From Octopus vulgaris (lineage: Eukaryota), in assembly GCA_951406725.2 (NCBI GenBank), contig OX597815.1, forward strand, positions 201,500,001-201,564,000: 64,000 bases of DNA, written 5' to 3'. Positions 54,201-64,000 of the stretch are shown in pieces. The notes beneath the pieces are model-generated. The model did not search any database. It saw only the letters and a list, made by a program, of their open reading frames with translations, and had not been told where the DNA came from. Numbering within the stretch: the stretch's first letter is position 1; every line of letters begins with the position of its first letter. The position numbers and the translations under genes are program-made.

Positions 54201-54759
54201 GACACGAACAATAGTTGAGGTGATATCTACAGATTAGTCTCAACGTCCCGAGATTTGTGAGATAACCAGCATTCTTTAAGTGTCTCAATAAATGCCCTTG
54301 AAACACCTGACTCATTTTCCTTAGCATTTGGCTGGAATGCCACCTTGGATGCAGCTTTGAATTATGTGTATGTATTTTCCTGATTTGAAAATGTGATGCA
54401 GTATAGCAAATACCATAGATATAGAAAATAAACAATTCATCTCTTCCCCTCTTTTCCGTTTACAACATAATTTTTCTCTATCTAGTATTATATTTTGCTT
54501 TTTTCCAAACCTAGGAAGACATATTCTCTGTAACCTTACAATTGATAAATTAACACATAAATACAGAAGGATATTAAACGAAAAAATATAATTATTTGTG
54601 TCGAGACTTTTCAGCATCAAATACAATAGATAATGATAATGCGACCAAATACAATGCATAGATAATATTTTTCTATTATTTTGCTATCATTTAACAGTTT
54701 AACTTTACGATAATTTTTTTCGTCGATGTGAGATCAATTCATTCAAACTGTGATCATGA

Positions 54760-55900
54760 ACATCGTCTGTCCACTGTCTCGTGTTCTCTTAGTCGGGACT
54801 CTACGGTATTGTTTTAATAACATTCTCTTTAGCAACTTGCATATCATTTTAGATGGCAACTCACTTTTTCACCGTTTTAAATTCTCCAAACAGTTGTATC
54901 CCCTTTCCTGTAACTAAATTGTTTTCGAGTAAATGTTATACCATACAGAATATGTTATTTACTCTCAGTGGATTTATTCACTATCATTGCAGTTAATTCT
55001 CCCAAAAGTCACACCTTTTCCTTTTATTTCGTTTCTCTTGTACTTCAATGTTAGCTCTTTATATACTCCTACACATTTCTATTGATATTTTCTCGATAAA
55101 TCATTAAGGTTTATTATCTCCAATTCCATTGTTTTCTATCCTTTTAGCTCTTATCTGACAAATGTTAATGTCACCTTATTTATTGCAGAAAAAACGTATC
55201 ACATTTCAAATTTCTGTTTTATTTTGTCTTGTTGTAATGTTGATGATATTGATATCCCTGTTAATATCATATCTAATCTCAATCAGTCTGCCTTATGCAA
55301 TATTTTTGAAAGAAGTGTAACAACCAAAACCATTCATTTACCGCTTTCAACTATTTGTAACACAATTATTGATAATTTTAATTTATACTTTGCCACTATC
55401 CATAAGTATGTGTTTCCCCTACGATTATTTAAGCTCTTCTTCCGCACTTTTACTTCTGTCAATCATCAGTTACGTGTTCTAACCACCATCACCATTTACT
55501 TACACCATATTTAAATCACTTCCCATCCTTTTCTTTCTTTTTGAAGGTTTGATTTAGTGGCTACACCGTTTTCATTCAGCGACCTAATTTTCTCCCCATA
55601 ATTTTGTACAGTTCCGTCATCTAGAACACTTTCTCTTCATTCATACACTCAATAAATCTCTGCTAATAACTTCTCACTATACCCCACAGTAACATGTCAT
55701 AACCATCACACAAATCGCCTTATTCTATTTCTTGGGGGCATATTTTGACTGGAATGCAAGGAGAGGTACAAACATAGATTGACACTCCAATCTAAGACTC
55801 TAAGGGGAGGCATTTCACTTCGAAATTCCAGTTTATATCACGTTTTCAGTGTTGTTCATTATAGTTGAACTTGTTCTACATTATATTAGTGGGACGTAAT
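54760..55900 (-). mobile_element. Highly decayed Tx1/L1-like LINE 3' region
   Basis: K/E-rich minus-strand frames with weak similarity to the post-RT region; no clean catalytic motif. Confidence 0.3.
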
Positions 55901-56284
55901 TGAATTCGATGTTGCGCGAGAAAATGTCTCCGTATAGAATATGAAAATTCCTGACCAAAAGGTAAAAATATTAGCTCCTCCTAAACATGAAATACGAATG
56001 CGGAAGTTAAATACAGGCGAATAGTGTGTTGCTGCTGTGTTGATGAATAACAACAAAACAATATACGATGGAGCTTTGAGACAAAGGGAAAAGAAAAGGA
56101 GTTGAAAGAGTAACAATGTTACTAACAGAGGGGTTTCGAAGGAAAGGGAAGTAGGTTACAATACAGAAAACATTCCGAAAAAAGTACTATACTTACGGAT
56201 CATTATTGTAGTTGCTGTTGATACTGTTGTTGTTGTTGTTATTATTATTATTGTTGTTGTTATTATTATTATTATTATCATAAA

Positions 56285-56513
56285 TGCAGCGAGCTGTCAG
56301 ACTCCTAAGCAAGTTGGACGAAATGCTTAGCAGTATTTCGGTTGCACTACGTTCTTAGTTCAAATTCCGCCGAGATCGACTTTCCTATCCTCATTTCAAG
56401 GTCGAGAAACTAAGTACCAGTGAAATACTGAGCTCGATGTGATTGACTAGTCTCCTCCCCAATATTTCTGGCCTTGTGCCTGTAGCAAAAATAATAATAA
56501 TTATTATTATTAA

Positions 56514-56547
<34 letters not shown>

Positions 56548-56582
56548 GTTATTGTTGTTGTTATTATTATTATTATTATTAT

Positions 56583-56617
<35 letters not shown>

Positions 56618-57190
56618 ATAGTAGTAGTAATAGTAGTAGTAGCAGCAGCAACAGTAGTAGCAGCAGCAGCAGCAGCAGCAGTATTAGTAGTAGTAGTAGT
56701 AGTAGTAGTAGCAGCAGCAGTAGTAGTAGTAGTAGTAGTAGTAAAGTCAAGTGAATTGTTAGAGGGTTGAACAAAGTGCTTAGGGCCATTTCTACCGGCT
56801 TCTTACCTTCTGAGTCCAAATTCTACCGATGCCGATTTTTTACCCATTCAGACTTTATAAAATAAGTACCATTTGAGCAATATATCCTCGATTGCATTAA
56901 CTTCCTTCGCCTCTTCATATTGTTTAATTTGAATTCTATTTTTTTTTTTTTTTTGTGCTACAATCAGAAAAGTTAAAGGGGGCGAGTTGGTAAAATTTTT
57001 GCTGTTCGGGACAAATGATTCGTGGAATGTTTTGCGACCTTTTATGTTCTAAAATCAAGTGCTACTGAGGTCGGCCTTGTCTTTCGTCTTTCGGGAGCCG
57101 ATTAAATAAGCACTAGTGGAGCACTGAGGTCGATGTAATCGACTTCCCTTCCCACTTCAAATTGCTGTCCATGTGCCAAAAGTAGAAAGA
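56285..57190 (+). mobile_element. Cluster of three decayed SINE family B copies around (ATT)/(AGT)/(AGC)n
   Basis: GCGAGCTGTCAGA..TTCAAATTCCGCCGAGATCGACTTT (56289-56490), with weaker copies at about 56760-56900 and 56978-57190. Confidence 0.7.
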
Positions 57191-57959
57191 TTGCTATCGT
57201 TGCGGTAATAGGTACTTTTATGGTAGTTATTACGATTGCTATTGTTGCTATTTCCATTCTTGTTATTTTAAACTGATGACAGTCTTATTACCCTCACAGA
57301 AATACATGTTATTTTAATCAAAGGCTGGTTTTAAGAAATAAACATTTCAATTGAGAGTCTAATTTTAATTTTTAAGCTATCGTTCGCGAGAATCGAAAGA
57401 ACAATTAATTTGCAAAGTCAACAAGTCGAAATCGATTATTCATTTGCTGAATTATTTACACATATGATTAAAACCGCTGCACGTTGATCGATGATTTGAT
57501 TAAATTAAGTCACACTATGTGAGGGCACATGTGAGGGTAATTATCCCGGTTTCATGTCAGATACTGTAGGCGTACAGAGATGAGAAATGATAAACAGAGA
57601 ACATTTAAACGTATTTCACACTGAATTAGACACTAAATATACGATGCTTTTATTCAACAAGAAAAGCAAAAATACGAAAACGAAACATTTTAAAATCATT
57701 TTACGTGCGTTTATTTACAATCTTCTGTAATATATTCTTCAGGTTCTCAACAGACATTTTCTTAAAAATTAAGTGGCAAATGCGTACACTGAAGTTTAAG
57801 TTCCTCTACTATAAACGAGGAGATCTGCTTAGAATAAGAGGATAACAATAGATAAAGTAGTATTCCATTGCTTTAGTGTAAATGCTTAATCATATAATAA
57901 TCTGAAAGATTTATCACAATGTACTACTGAATTTTCTTTGCTATCAGTAAATTAAATAA

Positions 57960-58150
57960 ATAAAAGATGAATATATATGGAATGCGCTGCTTGTGCATGT
58001 GTGTGTGTCTTCTTTATTCACGGCCAAACCGCAGGATCAATCTGTACTAAATTTGGCACGAAGTCTTTTCATTACTCGGGAAAGGTTCTCAGGGGTTAAA
58101 TTTTGGCTCTTACCCATTTAGTGGGCTATAGACACCCTACCGTATACGAC
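57960..58150 (+). mobile_element. Helitron-like non-autonomous 5' region
   Basis: (TG)n-CTT..CACGGCCAAACCGC..ACTAAATTTGGCAC motif typical of Helitron/DINE-like 5' ends. Confidence 0.45.
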
Positions 58151-59027
58151 CCTTCTTATTAAAAACAAATTGCTGCGGCTACCTAAGTTTTCGATGACGG
58201 AGATGCAGAATACGTAAAAAAAATACGTTTTCAACATTTAAAATTACCCCCTCTCCTCAAATTTAAATTTTTAACTTCTTTTCAATTTTATTTTTCAGTC
58301 TACGTGGAAAGATACGGACATCAAAAATATGGGAAATAAATTAATTTCAAATTCTCTATGAAGAACTCCAAAATTAAACCACACATCCTCACCACCTCAT
58401 CCTGTTGTCCAAAGCTGAAAATGAACTGCTAAAAATAATAGCGAAATATCTGGAAAAATTCTGTGTTTGTGTGTGCCCGCGTAAAACAATTTCTACAGCT
58501 TATGCCAAGAAACAGAGAAAATAAACAGAAATGTTTTCAATACCTGTCATATATGTCGGTTTTGTGAATGGATAAACATTTGGTAAATATTTCCCATAAC
58601 ACCATATTTGTTAGATACTAAACCCAACTGTAACCCTTATCCATAAAATTGTTTGCAGCAGGGCCGGCGCGAGGCCGCTGCAACCCGTGCGATAGCAGAG
58701 GGCCTCCAAGAACTAGAATAACTATACTTTGGAACTTAAAATTTGATGTTGCAGGCAGATTATGTCATTTTCAGAAGAAAAAGAAATAGTAAGGTTGCTG
58801 AATAATGGAAGGTCGTCATACAGACGCACAGACAGTGAAAACTCTTATTACATCAATATAATTCATTCATACAGTCGGTCCTTTAGGTAATATACGCAGT
58901 AGGATATATATTTAATTTTATATGATAAACTTTATAACATTTAAAGTTCAATATTCCCGTGTCATACGTTACAGATATCGACATGAGTTATTTAAATAAC
59001 TGTTCGTGGAATCAGCATAATAAAATT

Positions 59028-59345
59028 AGCACTGGATATTTCATATTTAAATCTGCTGTGACTATTTCTACCTGGGTAGGGATTAGAAAATGTTATATCT
59101 TGATAAACGCTTTGGATATTTTTGGAACAACTCGCCTTATTATCACTTGACATGTCACATCTAAATCCGATGTGAGTATTTATTCTTGGATATAGATTAA
59201 AAAATATTATATGCTGATAACTTATATTACCTATTTTTAATATTCTTGGAGCAACTCGATATATTAACACTGGATATTTCTATTTTAAATGAGATGTGAT
59301 TAATTATACTTGGATAGAGATTAAAAATACTGTATTCTGATAACT
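59028..59345. repeat. Degenerate tandem minisatellite, unit about 114-124 bp, about 2.7 copies
   Basis: Units begin CACTGGATATTTC (59030), CACTTGACATGTC (59144) and CACTGGATATTTC (59268). Confidence 0.85.
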
Positions 59346-59364
59346 AACAGCACATACTAACAGG

Positions 59365-59870
59365 AAAAGGGGTGCGAAAAATTGATATCGTCCATCGGTG
59401 GAATGTGGAGTTTTGTCCCCTCCTGTCAAACATCTTTAAAGCATACATCAATGTTAAGTTTTGTAACTCCATGAAATCCATCAAATATGTGTACAAATAC
59501 GTGAACAATGGGTCAAACATGGCTGTTTTTGGCCTTCAGGAAGTAAAGAACAACGATGAGGTGACATGCTACCAGATGGAACGCTACATTAGCGGCAACG
59601 GAAAAGCTTGGAGACTGTTTAACTTTCCGCTGCGTGAACGGCATCCAACTTTTATCCCTCTAGCTAGTACATTTAGAGAATGGCCAGCGAGTCTGATTTA
59701 ATGCAGACAATCTACAACGGATCCAGCAGCAAATTGCAGCATCGGGTTCAACAACGTTGACAGCTTTTTTTTGAGCTTTGTAGCACAGATCCATTTGCTT
59801 CCAATCTTTTGCACCAATAAGTCTCTCAATATTACACATGGCAACATACCACTAAGCAGTGGAAGAGACA
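59365..59870 (+). mobile_element. Helitron RepHel fragment
   Basis: HRWNVEFCPLLSNIFKAYINVKFCNSMKSIKYVYKYVNNGSNMA..RYISGNGKAWRLF..VHLENGQRV..TTLTAFF..YYTW. Confidence 0.93.
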
Positions 59871-60051
59871 GTTCGTAGTTAAGAGATGGAGAATTATGTA
59901 CATTATTTATATTAGTTACATTTGAAGGATATTTGTCTTCATCCTGTTTGTTGTTAACACAATATTTCGGCTGATATATCCTCCAGCCTTCATCAGGTGT
60001 CTTGGGGAAATTTCTAACTTGGGTTCTTATTCCTAAGATATTTTTCGATGC

Positions 60052-60104
<53 letters not shown>

Positions 60105-60121
60105 TAATAATAATAATATTA

Positions 60122-60175
<54 letters not shown>

Positions 60176-60312
60176 ATCACTGCCTGGAAGCGAACTCGGG
60201 CACATGGCGTAGTGGTTAAGAGCGCGGTCTACTAACACCAAGCTACCGAGTTCGATTCCAAGCAGTGATCTGAATAATAATAATAATAACATATTAATAA
60301 TAATAATGATAA
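59868..60312. mobile_element. tRNA-headed, HHR-tailed SINE family C: minus-strand copy joined to an inverted plus-strand head
   Basis: Tail at 59868-60050 (-); A box TGGCGTAGTGG (60205-60215) and B box (60248-60259); 60171-60199 is inverted to 60246-60274. Confidence 0.78.
59956..60001 (-). ncRNA. Minimal type I hammerhead ribozyme with stem III mutated
   Basis: Minus strand GACAC-CTGATGA-A-GGCTG-GAGGATATAT-CAGCC-GAAA-TA-TT-GTGTT. Confidence 0.7.
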
Positions 60313-61164
60313 TAGGAATAAAACTCATATAAAAGTTCATTGCTTCTTCACAAGTACTACAAAATTGGCTGCGAAACGCTTGCGTAATTTCTCTTTGGGT
60401 TTTGTATTTAAAGTAGTATTTTTTTTTTAATATGCGCTACTTTCGTCGAAAATCTGACGAAAATGAAATATAATAGCACTCAAGAGTATGCCTGAAACAG
60501 ACAATCCATTCCTATCGATATTTTTTTGTGTTCAATCATATATCAGTAATCAGTAGATCCAGATTTTCACACACTTTACAAACACACAGACAGACAAACA
60601 CATACACATTAGTATGTGTGTGTGCATGTGTGTACACGCGTGCTTGTATGTGTGTTGTGAATCTGTGTGTGTGTGTGTGTATGTGTGTTCAGCTGTAAGT
60701 CGATACAATTCTTGATGTTAATAATACAAAGTACGGATAAAAGTATGCCCGATGTAACATAATTAAAAGATCATACTGATATTAATATTGTACACGCTAA
60801 ATTTATGATTCCAAATTAACATCGGCCTTATGTTTTTTTTTTTACTTTTTATATCACGGAATAATTATTTAAAATTAATCAGACTCCTTCAGCAATTCGG
60901 GCTCAGGTTAAATGTAATTAATTAAAACTCATCTGCTACATAGCGATTTAAAACAAATTATAATGGTTGATGATGTTTAATTTTACGTGTTTTTCAGTGT
61001 ATTTTCTATCTAAAAATATTAGTTAATTGATATTTTCTAAAAATGCATTATACTATTTGCAAGCCTATTTTCATTTTTATAAATAAATAAAATTTAAAAA
61101 CTAAATGGGTGTGTGTGTGAATATTTACATACACACATACATATAAATATATATATATCCATAA

Positions 61165-61217
<53 letters not shown>

Positions 61218-61253
61218 CATGTATGTGTGTGTATGTATGTATATATATATATA

Positions 61254-61285
<32 letters not shown>

Positions 61286-61342
61286 CATGTATATACTTAT
61301 GTGTGTTTGTGTATATACATATATATATACATATGTATATAT

Positions 61343-61414
<72 letters not shown>

Positions 61415-62672
61415 TTATATATACATATATACATATACATATATATAATTGAAATGAAGATGGGTTATTTTACTTCTGGCACCTAAAAGATATCTTCTGA
61501 GGAAAGAATATAATCTATGCAAGTATAAAAATAATATATGACTTGCCTAAAATAGTTGTTAAAGATAAGATTCATCATGAATTGATAAAATGCTCTTATA
61601 ATTAACTGATGTTTGTGCAAATCATCTCGAAATAGAAAATAAAAAAATTAATCATCAATCGATTGCTATCAGCATCCCTCGTTAAATAGAGATGTCCTCC
61701 CCTGATAAACCTGATTAAATATGAGTTTGGAATGGCAGGCTATACACAAAATTCAAGACGTAACAGCGGTCATTGCATACAATTCGAAGTAATTTGTGTT
61801 CGGGGATGAATGAAGTTTATTACTTGCTAGACAATGCCAACTTTATCATTGAAACTTCTACGAACATTACAGAAAATATTAAAGAATACATTAACGGTTG
61901 TCCCTGATAACTAAATGAATCTCTGCGACGTCTCTCATAAACGGGAAGGAAATGTCTATGGTTTCGTTTTTAATTTCAAAAAGCTCAACAAACCTAGAAA
62001 TACGCATAACTGTGAGGAGATGTTATTTCGTATTCATGATGAGTAATCATTATTTCTTTATTTTTAATAATTAGTTTTAATATTTATTTACGTTTAGATG
62101 TTTCGAATATAAATAATTACCATTGAAAATATTCTACGATGATATGAGTTGTATAGGTGAGTCCCTTTTGGGAAGGGACAATGCCACTCTGCACTTCTTT
62201 CAGTGAAAGATACAGAAAACTAATTCCTCTCAAGTCTTACATTATCGTAATTATAAAATCTCTATTATATATATGTTAGTCACTGATAAATCGTTTCAAA
62301 ATAGGACAGATTGGCCAAGAGAGTGAACTTCTGAGTAACGATTAAGAACTAAGAAAAATACATCAATATATTTATTAGTAAGAGGATAATTATACGCATC
62401 ATGTTATCAATACTATTTTAGCTGCATGCATTACCACACAAGTATGGGTCTAGTTGTTTGAAGTCGCTCAATAAATGCCTTTATGTTGTTTAATTTCATA
62501 CTCTTCTAGGAGCTAAGAAATAAAGATTCAAATTCATTGGAGAAAAAGACTCCCTATGCTATCCTCATATCCAGTTGTAAATGGAGCAAGGAAATATCGA
62601 TAAGAAATAACCCCTAATGAAAATTTACATACTATTTTTTAAATATTCATAATACAGCACGAATGATAAATA

Positions 62673-63059
62673 GTGGAAGCACTCCCTCGGTTACGACGAT
62701 GAGGGTTCCCGTTGATCCGAATTAACGGAACAGCCTGCTCGTGAAATTAACGTGTAAATGGCTGAGCACTCCACAGACACGTGCACCTTTCACGTAGTTC
62801 TCGGGGATATTCAGCGTGACACAGAGAGTGACATGGCCGGCCCCTTGAAATACAGGTACAACAGAAACAGGAAGTAAGAGTGAGAGGAAGTTGTGGTGAA
62901 AGAGTACAGCAGGGATCACCACCATCCCCTGCCGGAGATACGTGGAGCTTTTAGGTGTTTTCGCTCAATAAACACTCACAACGCCCGGTCTGGGAATCGA
63001 AACCGCGATCCTATGACCACGAGTCCGCTGCCCTAACCACTGGGCCATTGCGCCTCCAC
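62673..63059 (-). mobile_element. tRNA-derived SINE, shared head/body with tail type 3
   Basis: Minus-strand head GTGGAGGCGCAATGGCCCAGTGGTTAGGGCAGCGG; perfect 12-bp TSD GAATGATAAATA at 62661-62672 and 63060-63071. Confidence 0.93.
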
Positions 63060-63476
63060 GAATGATAAATAAACAACTAACAGAAACAAAGAAACGAGTA
63101 AATGTTATATCGACACAAAGAACCACAACTTTTGAAACATTATTTTTGAGTTAGAAGTAACGAGCCAAGGCTGTGTCGACAAAAATACACTACAATAACA
63201 ATTTAAACCTAATTACTAATGATGTTTACATTGAATAATATATTTTAGATGGGGAACGATGTTTTTAATATATATCAACATTACAAATATCGATTTATGT
63301 AGCTCTTTGCCGGCAACGTGTGAATTTATCACACATTTTTAAACATCACATAGCTGTTCGTCAAAATACCAATTCAAAATAAACAGAATTTATTTCTTTT
63401 AAAATGCTTCTTCTATACAAAGCTTATATTTTCAATATATTTGCTGAGCGAATTTTAAATGTATAAAGAAAATACA

Positions 63477-63880
63477 GGCGCAGGAGTGGCTGTGTGGTAA
63501 GTAGCTTGCTAACCAGCCACATGGTTCCGGGTCCAGTCCCACTGCGTGGCATCTTGGGCAAGTGTCTTCTGCTATAGCCCCGGGCCGACCAATGCCTTGT
63601 GAGTGGATTTGGTAGACGGAAACTGAAAGAAGCCTGTCGTATATATGTATATATGTGTATGTGTGTGTGTTTGTGCGTGTGTGTTTGTCCGCCTAGCATT
63701 GCTTAACAACCGATGCTGGTGTGTTTACGTCCCCGTCACTTAGTGGTTCGGCAAAAGAGACCGACAGAATAAGTACTGGGCTTACAAAGAATAAGTCCCG
63801 GGGTCGATTTGCTCGACTAAATGCGGTGCTCCAGCATAGCCGCAGTCAAATGACTGAAACAAGTAAAAGAGTAAAAGAGT
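63477..63880 (+). mobile_element. tRNA-derived SINE family A
   Basis: Full-length copy closely matching the 34791 and 28056 copies. Confidence 0.95.
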
Positions 63881-64000
63881 AAAGTGTATATGTACATACA
63901 AGAAGAGTGGCGGCTATAGGGAAATCTACCTAAAAAAAGCTACTAAAAACTTAGAGAAAATAAGGTTGTTTTATAGTTGGAGCTTAAACGAAGATCATGC

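Larger units (their letters stand above)
40750..54400 (-). pseudogene. Fragmented class I cytokine receptor-like (domeless/gp130-type) pseudogene, copy A
   Basis: Collinear minus-strand relics: LDWMQCS*KG (about 53605-53576), CVTGLN then RYLSD*I resembling WSxWS (53230-53210), HPFTPRNFDV..LHGLEPNISY..DLD*VTDYVISVR (52728-52220), ALTSF*GAG (about 51315), LMVPADVAAVSL (about 45650), VSALT..IDW / NISW / CEGNITLSVNVTDTTT / HYE*NCLRTSVLY (44190-43880), CGPS..IPTSILC..APLPRI (41300-41140). Confidence 0.5.

Noticed and set aside
53814-54400. Plus-strand ORF considered as an endogenous viral element
   Set aside because: No viral motif recognised; better explained as antisense to the minus-strand relic.
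59028-59345. CRISPR-like or LRR-coding array
   Set aside because: Whole units are homologous with no unique spacers, the context is eukaryotic, and the LDISYLN frame is full of stops.
60198-60274. tRNA gene (also considered at 29822, 62990 and 10640)
   Set aside because: Acceptor stems do not pair, there is no Pol III terminator, and each continues into a SINE body.

Overview
AT-rich, microsatellite-saturated eukaryotic DNA. The tRNA-derived SINE families and LINE/PLE fragments look like those of an octopod cephalopod (inference). I see no intact protein-coding gene; nearly all listed ORFs come from microsatellites or transposon debris. Transposon content: R4/Dong, RTE-like and Tx1/L1 LINE fragments, Penelope-like elements (PLEs), Gypsy LTR pieces, Chapaev3, hAT, mariner/maT, Helitron, several MITEs and at least four SINE families. 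Two less obvious layers stand out. (1) Type I hammerhead ribozymes (HHRs) from at least five unrelated repeat families: three have long stem II, one has a variant core, and one forms the tail of a tRNA-headed SINE that shows PLE-style inverted insertion structure. (2) Minus-strand FN3/cytokine-receptor-like peptide relics in collinear order, suggesting two tandem, decayed domeless/gp130-type receptor pseudogenes broken up by transposon insertions. All protein and RNA assignments come from manual translation or folding and need computational confirmation; many boundaries are approximate.
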